Source: Thermoproteota archaeon
Lineage (GTDB): Archaea; Korarchaeota; Korarchaeia; Korarchaeales; JAOZGB01
Assembly: GCA_037917685.1 (NCBI GenBank)
Contig: JAVCBU010000011.1
Location: 77,489-141,488, forward strand
Length of the DNA: 64,000 bases
Reading direction: 5' to 3'
The notes below the pieces were generated by a model that did no database searches, had not been told where the DNA came from, and saw nothing but the letters and a program-made list of their open reading frames with translations. The position numbers and the translations under genes are program-made. Below are positions 9,889 through 20,787 of this stretch, one piece after another; position 1 is the stretch's first letter, and every line of letters starts with the position of its first letter.

Positions 9889-11406
9889 GCTTCCTGTATG
9901 GTTTTTTCTCAGGCTTCTTATTTAAAAGACTCTTGAATGCTGCTACGACTAGTCTCCTCGTCTCCCCTGGTGTTATGATATCGTCCATGTATCCTCTTGA
10001 AGCAGCAACATAAGGGCTTGCAGCTTCGGCTCGGTACTTCTCTACAAATCCTTCAAAGCCTTATCCTTGTCTTCAACCTTCTCCAGAATTTTCCTGTAAA
10101 TAATTCTTGCAGCTCCCTCTGGACCCATGACTGCGATCTCAGCTGTGGGCCATGCATATACTATGTCAGCTCCTAGGTGTTTGCTCCCCATCGCGATATA
10201 CGCGCCGCCGTAGGCTTTTCTTAAGATCACAGTTACAAGGGGGACTGAAGCTTCAGAGTAGGCATGTATTATTTTAGCACCATGCCTAATTATTCCGCCA
10301 TATTCCTGCTCGAGGCCTGGGAGAAACCAAGGGGTGTCGACGAGAGTTAATATGGGAATGTTGAAGTTGTCGCACAGCCTTACAAATCTTGAAATCTTAT
10401 CTGAAGAGTTTATGTCGAGGCAGCCAGCCTTATGTAATGGCTGGTTAGCAACAACGCCTATGGTCGCTCCTTCTATCCTTGCAAAGCCTATGACAGAGTT
10501 TAAGGCATACCCGTGCTGAAGCTCAAGGAATGATCCAGCGTCAACGATGCCCTCGACCACCTTTTTAACATCGTAGGGCTTCCTGGGATCATCTGGAACT
10601 ACATCTTCGACTGTGGCGGCTGGTCCTCTAGGCTGTGTGCTTGGAGGCCTTTCCATATTGTTCTGAGGTAGATAGGACAGAAGCCTCCTTATGAGTTTAA
10701 GGCAGGCATGGTCGCTTTTAGCCGTCAAATGCACGTTTCCACCTAGACTCATCTGGACTGATGCACCGCCAAGCTCTACATGCGAGACTTTCTCGCCTGT
10801 TACGGCTTCTATCACAGCAGGCCCCGTGATATACATGTAGGATGTGTTTTCCACCATCAGGATTAGATCTGCGAGCGCAGGACTCTACACTGCACCCCCA
10901 GCACACGGCCCAATGATGGCTATTATTTGGGGTATGACCCCTGAGGCCTTCACGTTAAGCTTGAATATTTCTCCGTAGCCCTTGAGACTGTCAACTCCTT
11001 CCTGGATTCTAGCTCCTCCAGAGTCGTTTAGACCTATCAATGGAGCGCCTGCCTTCAGGGCTAAACTTATAATCCTACATATCTTAGCGGCATGCGCCTC
11101 TCCTAGACTGCCTCCCATGACTGTGAAGTCCTGGGTATAGACGTATACAAGTCTACCGTCTATTGTCCCATATCCTGTTACGACACCATCCGCAGGGGTA
11201 TGCACACCAGACAAGGCTTTATGCCTGCTTTCAATAAATAATCCGATCTCAACGAAGCTTCCCGGATCTAAGAGAGCCTGTATCCTCTCCCTCGCTGTGA
11301 GCTTTCCCTTAGCGTGTTGCTTCCTTATTCTCTCAGCCCCTCCACCCTCCATAGCCTCCATTCTCCTACGTTTAAGTCTTTCTATAGGGCCTACCATATT
11401 ATACAC
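9869..11406 (-). pseudogene. mmdA: Methylmalonyl-CoA decarboxylase alpha / acyl-CoA carboxyltransferase, disrupted
   Basis: [26 protein letters not shown] and AEIAVMGPEGA; in-frame TAG at 10885-10887 replaces Tyr of GGAVYSPAL; 1-nt frameshift near 10042-10047, after which EKYRAEAASPY...KHGNIPL* continues to 9869. Confidence 0.88.
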
Positions 11407-12169
11407 CTTCTAGGTCTGAAATGCTAACATCCGCCGAGTTTAAAGCCACTGTTCTATCACCTACATCCAATAATAGTTCCCCATTATCCGATATACCGAC
11501 GGCAAGACCTGAAACCTCCCTGCCGCCTGGCAGGTAGGCCTTAACCCTTCTCCCTAGGGTTACAGACTTATTTTTCCAGTCATCAAGGAGTCTGTCAGAT
11601 TCTCCCTTTCTAACCATGTGGTAGGCCCTATCTATCCTACTAACAAGCTCACATATAAGGAATGGAACATCCACCTTCCCTGAAAGTAGGAGTAGGGATG
11701 TTCCACCCCTGGGTGGCTTGTTCAAAACATTTATTCCCACCCCGGCAACAACATGTTCTATCTCCTTCCCACCGTGTGCTTCACATAGTATTCCGCCAAG
11801 CTTTTTACCTTCCACGAGAAGATCGTTGGGCCATTTAAGCCCAATGTTGACCTCAACTGCGTCCTCGATGCCTCTTGCAACTGCGATCCCTAGGGTTAGT
11901 GGTAGAATGCCTAGAACCTTTTTCGGAGGTCTAAGTATTATTGAAAAGTATAGTCCTCCGGGATCCGACACCCACTTTCTACCTTTCCTTCCTCTACCAT
12001 GGGTCTGCCTGCCCGCAGCCACTATTACCCCCTCTTCCCAGCCTTGTGACGCCAGCCTGTGAGCTTCGTCCATAGTAGACTTAACCACTTCTAAGTATAT
12101 TGTCTTTCTGCCTATCACAGTTTTCCTTGCAAGTCTCAAGCCTTTGTACCAGTCATCGAACGTTATCAT
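11399..12169 (-). CDS. birA: Biotin-protein ligase
   Basis: [23 protein letters not shown] and KLGGIL; start set at the ATG at 12169 overlapping the beta-subunit stop. Confidence 0.92.
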   Translation of the reverse strand: MITFDDWYKGLRLARKTVIGRKTIYLEVVKSTMDEAHRLASQGWEEGVIVAAGRQTHGRGRKGRKWVSDPGGLYFSIILRPPKKVLGILPLTLGIAVARGIEDAVEVNIGLKWPNDLLVEGKKLGGILCEAHGGKEIEHVVAGVGINVLNKPPRGGTSLLLLSGKVDVPFLICELVSRIDRAYHMVRKGESDRLLDDWKNKSVTLGRRVKAYLPGGREVSGLAVGISDNGELLLDVGDRTVALNSADVSISDLEGV

Positions 12170-13246
12170 GCGCTCACCAGCGCTGATATAAGGCTTAATA
12201 GGAGGCCTGTAGCGACAACAGAGCCCACCTGGCCACCTGTGTTTGTGGCCACAGCTACAGGAAGAAGCCAGTTGTCGTGGTTTTCCTCCCTCCCCAGCCC
12301 ATGAGCCGTCCTGGCAGCCATCGGGAAAGCCGAAACTCCGCATGCGCCGACAAGCGGGTTGAAACGTCCACCGCTAAGGTAGTAGACAACCTTGCCAATA
12401 ATTATGCCTGAGCCTATGGCTGACATGAAGGCTATAAGACCGTATGCGAATACTAGCAAGGTGTCAAGCTTCAAGAAGCTTTCAGCTTTGAGTGTATAGC
12501 CTATCCCGAGACCTAGAAGCATAGTTATTATGTTTACAAGCTCGTTCTGTGCTGACTGTGACAATCTATCGGTTACACCTGTTTCCCTTAGGAGATTGCC
12601 AAACATTAGAGAGCCCATTAATGGAAGGCCTTCAGGAGCTACAAGACCCGTTAGCAGGGTTACAACTATGGGGAAGGAGACCTTAAGCCTCCATGGTACT
12701 TCAAACTCTTTAAAAGTCATCCTTACAAGCCTTTCTCTCCTACTTGTTAGAAGCTTTGAAAGGGGCCTCTGTATTATTGGCACCATTGACATGTAAGAGT
12801 ATGCGCAGACTGTGACGGGGCCCAGTAGTTCCGGGGCAAGCCTGCTTGTCAGATATATTGCTGACGGCCCGTCCATAGCCCCAATAATACCTATGCTTGC
12901 GGCCTGCCCCAGGCTGAAGCCTGAGGCCAGGGCGAGGAGTATAGATATGAAAATACCCATCTGCCTCGCTGCTGCAAATACGAGTAGGCTTGGATTAGCG
13001 ATTAATGGCTTAAAATCTATCATAGCTCAACTCCGATAAAGATTAAACAAGGGAAGAGGTCGTTTTCAATGCCAGCCCTATAGAATCTATTCCTCCGTGC
13101 GCTCCGGCCGCAGAGCCTGGAATATTGGCTAAGATAGCCCCAAACCCAATAGGTACAAGTAGGAGGGGCTCGTATTTCTTCCAGATACCTAGGATTACTA
13201 ATGCGAGGCCAAACAATATCATTGCGAGGCTACTCAACCACTGCAA
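12166..13246 (-). pseudogene. mmdB: Na+-translocating decarboxylase beta subunit (OadB/MmdB), frameshifted
   Basis: YEPLLLVPIGFG, IGIIGAMDGP, AYSYMS and GVSAFPMAAR; the linker FYRAGIENDLFPCLIFIGV lies in another frame between shifts near 13087 and 13028. Confidence 0.85.
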
Positions 13247-13610
13247 GAGTCTCCCCCTCTCTAACTTTAGCGCCTTCCCCTACAATCATTTTTAGAACGC
13301 CATCCCTTGGACTGTATATCTCATTTTCCATCTTCATAGCTTCAAGTATAAGTAAAACATCCCCCTTAGCAACCTTCTCGCCCATTCTTTTCAGAACCTT
13401 TACTACGGTCCCGGACATTGGAGTCTTTATCTCACCCGGCTCTTCGACGGTGACAGGGGATATATGCCTCCTAGAAGCCGGTTTTACAGATACAGGCTTC
13501 GAAACCTCTGCTGGTTCGGCTATCGGCCTTTCTCTCTCCTCTACGGTTATTTCTTCCACCTCGACAATGAAGGTTTTACCATTTACCTTAACCTTAAATC
13601 TCCTCAGCAT
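13230..13610 (-). CDS. mmdC: Biotin carboxyl carrier (decarboxylase gamma subunit)
   Basis: Biotinylation motif EAMKM; N-terminal FKVKVNGKTFIVEVEE. Confidence 0.92.
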   Translation of the reverse strand: MLRRFKVKVNGKTFIVEVEEITVEERERPIAEPAEVSKPVSVKPASRRHISPVTVEEPGEIKTPMSGTVVKVLKRMGEKVAKGDVLLILEAMKMENEIYSPRDGVLKMIVGEGAKVREGETLAVVE

Positions 13611-13900
13611 TATCTATCACCCATCTCAATCGTCACCCACGCTGGAAGTCCTGTTCCAGCTTTAATTTTTATCTTTTCAGGCTTTATCTCTTCATACATA
13701 GTCGAAATCGCCGCTATCACCGCCGCGACTTCCTCCAGGCTTTGCCTGTCTTCCTCTACCGGAATTCCGGGTTTTTCCCGGGTAATCGTTTTACCTAGAA
13801 GTTTTAGCAGTAAGGATAATGTAGCCATGACTGCAAATGTCCCTGTTACTCCATACAACAGTATTTTAAGACCGAGGTATATCTGGATCACGCTATCCAC
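13610..13900 (-). CDS. OadG/MmdD-family decarboxylase small subunit
   Basis: N-terminal TM helix, VAAVIAAIS and C-terminal W...GDR; operon context. Confidence 0.75.
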   Translation of the reverse strand: MDSVIQIYLGLKILLYGVTGTFAVMATLSLLLKLLGKTITREKPGIPVEEDRQSLEEVAAVIAAISTMYEEIKPEKIKIKAGTGLPAWVTIEMGDR

Positions 13901-13929
13901 CAGGTTAGCTGTTAGTTTTAAACTATTCT

Positions 13930-14880
13930 CTAGCTGGGCTGAGGTTCAAGCCCTACATCTACAATCCTTTTAACACCGTTCCTATATATCTCAAGCCTTA
14001 GAGTCTCACCAGCCTTCCTAAGTTTAACCATTGACTGCAGATCTTCAGCAGAGTTCAGAGGCTCTCCATCAACCCGTGTTATTATATCACCCTCCCTTAA
14101 CCCTGCCTTTGAAGCTGGGCTCCCGGGGAAAACTCTCGAAACCAGCACACCCCTACTCACATGTAGGCCGTAGTAGCGGCTCATCTCCGGTTTAACCGTG
14201 ATCCCGGCAAGCCCTAGCCATGAAGTTATATGCTTCCCATATTTTACAATATCACCTGCGCACCTGACAGCGTCTTCAGATGGGATTGCAAAGCCAATGC
14301 CATGCGCAAACGGTATCAAGGCTGTATTAACGCCGACAACCTTTCCGTCAAGATTTATCAGGGGGCCTCCGCTGTTCCCGGGGTTTATGGCTGCATCCGT
14401 CTGTATTAGCCCCCTCATTATGCCATACTCCGTCTTGATTGACCTTCCGAGAGCGCTGACTACGCCTAGGGTTACGGTTGGCCCCCCTGTTAGCCCGTAA
14501 GGGTTGCCGACCGCCAGTACTATCATCCCAACCTTTAATCTACTGGTGTCGTCGAAGTCAGCAGGATGAAGCCTTTCCCTTTCAACCTTGATAACCGCAA
14601 TATCATGTATTTTACAGCTTCCTACGAGCCTACCCTTAGATACAGATCCATCTGTGAATGTGACAGTTATATCTCTAGCCCCATATACTACATGAGTGTT
14701 TGTAAGAATGTAACCATCATCACTAAGCACTATACCCGACCCGACGCCTTTCACAGGTATAGGAGCAAATAGAAGGCCATAGTAGAGCCTAACAGTACTA
14801 ACACTTACCACTGAGGGTTTTATTTTTGCAACAGCAGATACGATAGCATCCTGGTCCAACACGGGATGATATAGCCACAC
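13930..14880 (-). CDS. HtrA/DegP-type serine protease with PDZ domain
   Basis: TNTHV, HDIAV and QTDAAINPGNSGGPL triad motifs; C-terminal PDZ; no signal peptide. Confidence 0.93.
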   Translation of the reverse strand: MWLYHPVLDQDAIVSAVAKIKPSVVSVSTVRLYYGLLFAPIPVKGVGSGIVLSDDGYILTNTHVVYGARDITVTFTDGSVSKGRLVGSCKIHDIAVIKVERERLHPADFDDTSRLKVGMIVLAVGNPYGLTGGPTVTLGVVSALGRSIKTEYGIMRGLIQTDAAINPGNSGGPLINLDGKVVGVNTALIPFAHGIGFAIPSEDAVRCAGDIVKYGKHITSWLGLAGITVKPEMSRYYGLHVSRGVLVSRVFPGSPASKAGLREGDIITRVDGEPLNSAEDLQSMVKLRKAGETLRLEIYRNGVKRIVDVGLEPQPS

Positions 14881-14893
14881 TTACCATATAAAG

Positions 14894-15481
14894 CTAGGAG
14901 TGTGTAAGCCTGTCTATATCTTTCAGATCTTCAGGACTGTCGATGTCAAGTAGACATGCAGGCTCTGTCTCGACAATCAGCACTTCACTCCTATGCCGTG
15001 AGACAACAGACTTCAACCCGAACGTCTCTTCTCTTATCTCTAATATTTCAGGTATGAGTATGCTACCAAATAGTATTGGATGGCCAGGCCTGCCTTTATA
15101 TCCGGCAACCACTATTGGCTTCCCAGTTGCATTATATGATTTTACAACCTTATCTATTGTATCTACTGTGATGAACGGAACGTCAGCCGGGTGGATAATC
15201 ACAGCATCTGATTCCAGGGCTCTTTCAACCCCTATCCGTACTGAGATGCTCATCCCCTCTTCGTATCTCTCGTTAAGTACGGCTTCAACATTCATTCCCT
15301 TGATCACGGCTAGAATTTCTTGAGCCTGCCATCCAACAACGACTATAACCCTGTCAACCTTTGAATCGTTAAATATTGATAAGACCCTTTCTATAATTGT
15401 CTTTCCACCTATCTTTACCAACAGTTTGTTGCCTGGAAACCTCGTCGACTTTCCGGCGGCAAGTATCACAGCAGATATCAT
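14894..15481 (-). CDS. Molybdenum cofactor cytidylyltransferase (MocA-like)
   Basis: LAAGKSTRF..NKLL, ADVP, GHP and DIDSPED; divergent from the Mo-hydroxylase cluster. Confidence 0.85.
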   Translation of the reverse strand: MISAVILAAGKSTRFPGNKLLVKIGGKTIIERVLSIFNDSKVDRVIVVVGWQAQEILAVIKGMNVEAVLNERYEEGMSISVRIGVERALESDAVIIHPADVPFITVDTIDKVVKSYNATGKPIVVAGYKGRPGHPILFGSILIPEILEIREETFGLKSVVSRHRSEVLIVETEPACLLDIDSPEDLKDIDRLTHS

Positions 15482-15543
15482 GGACGCAGCCCCTAATACT
15501 GGAACCCGATATATTTATATTAGCCTTTTGGATTCTACTCACA

Positions 15544-17919
15544 ATGAGCTTTAAGTATATCGGTAAACCAATGTCAAGGATAGACGGCTGGGAAAAGGCT
15601 GGAGGGACAGCCATATACGCATTTGACATTGAGCTCCCGGGGATGCTGTATGCAAAGCTTGTTAGAAGCCCCTACCCACATGCGAGGATAGTGGAGGTCG
15701 ACGGCGGGGATGCTGAAAGGCAGCCGGGGGTTGTAAGAGTAGTCTTTGGAAGGGATGTTCCCTACAAGCTTGGAATATATGTGGGTGACAGGGATGTACT
15801 TGCAAGAGAGAAAGCCTTGTGGTCAGGCCATCCTGTGGCCGCTGTAGTCGCAGAGTCGCTTGAAGCTGCTGAAAAAGCTGCTGAGCTTGTAAAGGTTAAA
15901 TATGAACCCTTGGACCCCGTGCTTGACCCCCTGGAAGCCTTGAAGCCTGGCGCTCCAATAGTTCATGAAAGGCTGGGGGAGTATAGGAGACTTCCAGTCT
16001 TCAAACCCATACCTGGGACCAATATTGCTAATATCTTCAGGCTTGTCAGAGGAAACATTGAAAGGGGGCTCGAACAAGCTGACCTGGTTGTTGAAAACGA
16101 GTTTTCAATGCCAATGGTAAGCCACGTATACATGGAACCCATGACGGTGGTTGCACACTATAGGCGTGATGGCCAGGTCGAGGTGTGGACAAGCGCACAA
16201 TCACCCTTCACAGTAAGATACCTTACAAGCGTTTCCCTAGGGATACCTCTCCAGAATATTAGGGTTCACGTCCCCTACGTAGGCGGGGGCTTCGGCGGCA
16301 AGGCGGGGCTTAACTTCGAGCCTCTCGTCATACTTTTGTCCAAGCTTTCAGGTTACAGACCCGTAAAGCTCTCCCTCTCAAGGGAGGAGAACTTCACATC
16401 TGCAGCTGTCAGGGTTGGCCTACATGCAAGGATAAAAACAGGAGTCTCGGGTGACGGCGTGATAACAGCTGAGGAAATAAGGTATGTCTTCGACGCAGGC
16501 GCATATGCTGACTACGCGGTAAACGTGGGTAGAGCAGCGGGCTACGCCGGGGTAGGCCCCTATGAGATCCCGAACGTCAAGGTTGAATCCTACACCGTCT
16601 ACACCAATAAGACCTATGCTACTGCGTTTAGGGGGTTCGGCCACATGGAACTCCACTGGTGTGTGGAGAGACAGATGGACATTGTCGCCAGGAAGCTTGG
16701 GATGGATCCTGTGGAGTTTAGGCTTAAGAACCTTCACAAGCCTGGCAAGTCGATAACGGCGACAGGGGTTAGAGTTAGAGAGGATGCTGGGAGGCCTGAC
16801 AAATGCCTCAAAGCCGTCGCTGAAGCCTTAGGCTGGGGGAGGACCCTTGGGAGGCAGGTTAGCCCATGGAAGTATAGGGGTGTAGGGCTTGCGATGTTTA
16901 TGAAGGGGCCCGCCCAGCCTCCCAGCAGCGCTGCCTCGGCCATTATAAGATTTAACGAGGACGGTTCAGCCACCTTGCATGTTGGGACAACAGAGATAGG
17001 CCAGGGTACTCTCACGGCTTTGGCCCAGCTTGCCGCTGAGGAGCTTGGAATACCGTTTGAGATGGTTAAGGTTTCAACCGTGAAGGATACCTTGTTTACA
17101 TCCTATACCTGGCAGACGGTTGGAAGCAGAAGCTTGTTCATGGATGGAAATGCTGTGATAATGGCCGCCAGGGATGCTAGGAGACAGATCTTGGAGAGAG
17201 CGGCAAAGGTTTTTAGGGCTGAACCCTCAGATCTTGAAATTGTTGAGGGTGTGGTTAGAGTTAGGGGGAAGCCTTGGATGAGCGTGGCTGTTAAGGACCT
17301 AGCCATGGGCTACACCTATCCTGACGGGACATCTATAGGCGGCCCCGTAATTGGAAGGGGCTGGTATATTGCAAGGCATATGACAAATCTTGACCCTGAG
17401 ACCGGGCAGGGAAGCCCGACCATTTTTGAAACGTATGGATGCCAGGGCGTTGAGGTTGAGGTTGACATCCTTACAGGGGAGGTTAGGGTTCTCCGGGTTG
17501 TCTCAGCCTTCGATATCGGAAAGGCTGTGAATCCTCTGCTTGTAGAGGGCCAGATAGTTGGGGGTAGTGTCATGGCTATGAGTATAGCCTTAATGGAGGA
17601 GTTAAAATATGGCGAGGGGAGGATGCTAAACCCAAACCTCACAGACTACAAGGTTGCTAGGGCGGGGGACATACCCTGGGAGTTCAAATCAATAATTGTC
17701 GAGACTCCCCAGCTTGACGGTCCCTGCGGGGCCAGGGGTATAGGGGAGCTTACGATGATAGGTGTTCCAGCCGCAATAGGCAATGCAATTTACAATGCTA
17801 TAGGAGTTGAGATCAGAAGTATGCCCCTGTCCGGCGAGCATCTATGGAGGGAGATTCAAAGGCAGAAACCTAGTCTTCTACGTGAGGCTTTAGATAAGCT
17901 GGGGGTGAGCGGTGAATGA
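15544..17919 (+). CDS. Xanthine dehydrogenase-family Mo-binding large subunit
   Basis: RSPYPHA, VGGGFGGK, AFRGFG, EIGQG, GQIVGG and ARGIGE; start set at the ATG at 15544. Confidence 0.93.
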   Translation: MSFKYIGKPMSRIDGWEKAGGTAIYAFDIELPGMLYAKLVRSPYPHARIVEVDGGDAERQPGVVRVVFGRDVPYKLGIYVGDRDVLAREKALWSGHPVAAVVAESLEAAEKAAELVKVKYEPLDPVLDPLEALKPGAPIVHERLGEYRRLPVFKPIPGTNIANIFRLVRGNIERGLEQADLVVENEFSMPMVSHVYMEPMTVVAHYRRDGQVEVWTSAQSPFTVRYLTSVSLGIPLQNIRVHVPYVGGGFGGKAGLNFEPLVILLSKLSGYRPVKLSLSREENFTSAAVRVGLHARIKTGVSGDGVITAEEIRYVFDAGAYADYAVNVGRAAGYAGVGPYEIPNVKVESYTVYTNKTYATAFRGFGHMELHWCVERQMDIVARKLGMDPVEFRLKNLHKPGKSITATGVRVREDAGRPDKCLKAVAEALGWGRTLGRQVSPWKYRGVGLAMFMKGPAQPPSSAASAIIRFNEDGSATLHVGTTEIGQGTLTALAQLAAEELGIPFEMVKVSTVKDTLFTSYTWQTVGSRSLFMDGNAVIMAARDARRQILERAAKVFRAEPSDLEIVEGVVRVRGKPWMSVAVKDLAMGYTYPDGTSIGGPVIGRGWYIARHMTNLDPETGQGSPTIFETYGCQGVEVEVDILTGEVRVLRVVSAFDIGKAVNPLLVEGQIVGGSVMAMSIALMEELKYGEGRMLNPNLTDYKVARAGDIPWEFKSIIVETPQLDGPCGARGIGELTMIGVPAAIGNAIYNAIGVEIRSMPLSGEHLWREIQRQKPSLLREALDKLGVSGE

Positions 17920-18746
17920 TTAGCCTTCCATCCCTGTCATATCATAGGCCTAGAACCATCGAGGAGGCTGTAAGCCTCCTCAAGATGTACCGTGGGGAGG
18001 CGAGGGTTCTGGCTGGTGGAACAGACCTAATAGTTGACCTCCGTGCTAGGGCTAAGACGCCGAAACATGTGGTGGATATAAAGGGGATTCCAGAGCTGAA
18101 TAGGATAACTCACTTTGACGATGCTGTTGAGGTGGGGTCTGCCGTAACCCTGGCTGAGATACTTAGAGACGAGCGGATGATTATGTACCAGCCATTGTAC
18201 ACTGCTGTCGGGATGATTGCAGACAGGATAATAAGGTTTAGAGCCACCCTCGCCGGTAACATATGTAACGCATCGCCCGCGGCGGATTCGGCTCCAGCTC
18301 TCCTGGTAATGGGGGCTGAGGTTAAAGTTGTAGGCCCAGCTGGGAGGAGAATTATTCCAATCTCAGAGTTCTTCACAGGTGTTAAGAGGACAGACCTTGA
18401 ACCGGATGAGCTTGTGGAATCGATAAGGATACCGAAACCTCCCAGCAATGCCAGGTCTGGCTTCGTGAAGTTTGGAAGAAACATTGAGGACCTTGCAATA
18501 GTCAATGCTGCAGCCATGCTTACAGGCAGGAGGCTAAAAGTCTCCTACGGCTCGGTAGCTCCAACCCCTGTGATGGTTCAGGTTGAGGCTGAAAGCTACG
18601 GAGAAGCTGTTTTTAAAGTTTTGAGTGAAGCCTCGAAGGCCGTTAAGCCTATATCGGATGTCAGAGCATCCGCTGAGTACAGGCATCACCTGGTAAATGT
18701 TGCAACAGCCAAGCTACTGATGAAGATTTATGGTGGGGAAGCATGA
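17916..18746 (+). CDS. Mo-hydroxylase FAD-binding medium subunit
   Basis: LAGGTDL, ATLAGNICNASPAAD and SDVRASAEYR. Confidence 0.93.
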   Translation: MISLPSLSYHRPRTIEEAVSLLKMYRGEARVLAGGTDLIVDLRARAKTPKHVVDIKGIPELNRITHFDDAVEVGSAVTLAEILRDERMIMYQPLYTAVGMIADRIIRFRATLAGNICNASPAADSAPALLVMGAEVKVVGPAGRRIIPISEFFTGVKRTDLEPDELVESIRIPKPPSNARSGFVKFGRNIEDLAIVNAAAMLTGRRLKVSYGSVAPTPVMVQVEAESYGEAVFKVLSEASKAVKPISDVRASAEYRHHLVNVATAKLLMKIYGGEA

Positions 18747-19213
18747 AGGAGATTACGATTAAGGTTAACGGCGAGAAGGTCAGGCTCACCGTTGAGGACA
18801 ATGAGACATTACTGCAGGTGTTAAGGGATAGGCTTAGGATAAAAAGTGTAAAGGCGGCGTGCTGGCGTGGAGAATGCGGCTTGTGCAATGTTCTCCTAGA
18901 AGGAAAGCCTGTTAAGTCCTGCCTCGTGCTCGCCTGCGAGGTGGATGGTTGCAGCATTGTAACAGTTGATGGCCTTTACGACGATCTCTCCGAGAAGTTA
19001 AAAAAGGCATTCGTTGAGGAGGGAGCAATACAATGCGGCTTCTGTACTCCAGCATTCATACTAGCGGCCTACAGCCTCCTAAGAGAGAACCCGAATCCTT
19101 CCAGGGAGGAGGTTGCTGAGGCATTAAATGGCTTGATATGCAGATGCACAGGCTATTACCACATAGTTAAGGCAGTGCTGAAGGCTGCAGGGAGCAGTCA
19201 TACGGAGGGCTAG
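18743..19213 (+). CDS. Mo-hydroxylase 2x[2Fe-2S] small subunit
   Basis: CWRGECGLC...C and QCGFCTP...CRCTGY. Confidence 0.95.
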   Translation: MKEITIKVNGEKVRLTVEDNETLLQVLRDRLRIKSVKAACWRGECGLCNVLLEGKPVKSCLVLACEVDGCSIVTVDGLYDDLSEKLKKAFVEEGAIQCGFCTPAFILAAYSLLRENPNPSREEVAEALNGLICRCTGYYHIVKAVLKAAGSSHTEG

Positions 19214-19216
19214 TAC

Positions 19217-20020
19217 ATGCTGAGAGTGCTTGAGGAAGCTTTGAAATTAATGAGGGAAAGAATAGCATTCGCAGTCTGCACGGTGATCGAAAAGAAGGGA
19301 TCCGGACCTGCAAACCCCGGGGATAAAATGATAGTAACACATGAAGGCGGGAGAATCGGCACCCTAGGGGGGTGGAGCTTCGAAAAACTATTCATAGAAG
19401 AAGTCTTAGAGTCCATAAGAAATGGAAATCCAAGGATTGTCGAAGTGGACATAACAGGTAGGGATGGGGGCGGGCTTGAATGTGGGGGCAAGGTTAAAAT
19501 ATTCGTCGATGTTTGGAACCCTGACCCCCAACTTGTAGTCTTCGGAGCAGGACACATAGGTAGAGTCCTTGCGAAAATAGCTGAAATTGTAGGTTACAGG
19601 GTCACGGTGGTTGAAACTGAAAAGCAAGCCGTTACGGAGGAGATGGAAAACCTGGTCCTTGTAGAAGACTATGCTAGCTATGCGAGAACAGTAAGGCCTG
19701 ACAGTAAGACCTACATCGTTATTACCGTGGGAGAGGTAGATCCATGCGCCAAAATACTGAGAGAGCTTCTACCAAAGGGTTTTCCCTACATAGGACTCCT
19801 AGGAAGCAGGAGGAAGATCCAAAGGGTTAAAGAGGAGCTTAGAAAATCAGGCCTAGAAGCTGAAATGATAGATAAAGTTAGGGCACCAGTAGGAATAAAT
19901 ATTGGCGCTAGAAACCCAGGGGAGATAGCGATAAGCATCATAGCTGAGATCATAAAAATCTCAAGAGAAAGGCCGACCCGAAAAGTTCATCAGCCAAAAC
20001 TCAGCCCACATCGGATTTAA
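19217..20020 (+). CDS. xdhC: XdhC/CoxI-family cofactor insertion chaperone
   Basis: GTLGG, CGG, VFGAGH, YIGLLGS and APVG motifs. Confidence 0.9.
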   Translation: MLRVLEEALKLMRERIAFAVCTVIEKKGSGPANPGDKMIVTHEGGRIGTLGGWSFEKLFIEEVLESIRNGNPRIVEVDITGRDGGGLECGGKVKIFVDVWNPDPQLVVFGAGHIGRVLAKIAEIVGYRVTVVETEKQAVTEEMENLVLVEDYASYARTVRPDSKTYIVITVGEVDPCAKILRELLPKGFPYIGLLGSRRKIQRVKEELRKSGLEAEMIDKVRAPVGINIGARNPGEIAISIIAEIIKISRERPTRKVHQPKLSPHRI

Positions 20021-20054
20021 GAAATGTTTATGAAGCATTTAAACCATTAACCTA

Positions 20055-20574
20055 TTGGGAGACATGCTATTCCTACATGGTTCCGATGTTATTGACAGAG
20101 TAGTAAATGTCATCAGTAAGCATCAGGGAGCCTGTCTTCTCATAGTTTACGGAAGCGTCGCTAAAGGAACATATAATCCTAAGAGTGACATCGACCTCGC
20201 CCTTATCTTCAAAGGAAACCTTAAAAAGGTAAAAGAAGAGATTTTGGAGGTGTCAGCAACATACAATGTTCCTATAAGCCTGAAAATCCTAACTCCTGGT
20301 ACTCCTCGGAGAAGAGCCTAAAACCCATAGTGGGGCCAAAAGAATATTAGGACTTCTACTCGTGAGGGAAGGGCTGACAGATAAGAAATACTCCAGAATA
20401 TTCTCCGAGCTTATGAACGCCAGGGAAGAAAGCGACTACATGCCAATTACAGACTATGACGAAGAGGAAACAGTAAACCTCATAGAAAAGGCAAAGGGAT
20501 TTCTGAAGGAGATGGAAAGAATAAGAAACATTATAAGACAAAGAGAACAAAAACTGAGAAAAAAGGTGAAATAA
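20055..20574 (+). pseudogene. MNT (nucleotidyltransferase)-HEPN pair collapsed by an internal deletion
   Basis: MNT N-terminus YGSVAKG...SDIDL; from about 20293 another frame reads LLVLLGEEPKTHSG...REESDY (HEPN C-terminal half with no start). Confidence 0.7.
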
Positions 20575-20787
20575 GTTATCAGTCAAGACTAAGACGGCTA
20601 TAACCGGAAGGCAGACTCCACCGGGAAGGAAATACAGGCTTCAGTATGCTTATCTCTCAGCCTAGACGAGAACCAGCCTTGCTAGCCTTGGCGGCAGGGT
20701 TCTGACATTGCTCATCTTATTTGAATTCGAAAATGTAGTGTTATTAATATGAGGAGCTTGAATAGAGCTTAATATCTCATATAATAA

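Noticed and set aside
10885-10887. In-frame TAG in the carboxyltransferase as pyrrolysine or stop-codon recoding
   Set aside because: It is one base from the expected Tyr codon, the same operon has frameshifts and a damaging missense change, and TAG ends many intact genes in this window.
15544-19213. Aerobic CO dehydrogenase
   Set aside because: The active-site loop is AFRGFG, not AYxCSFR (form I) or AYRGAGR (form II).
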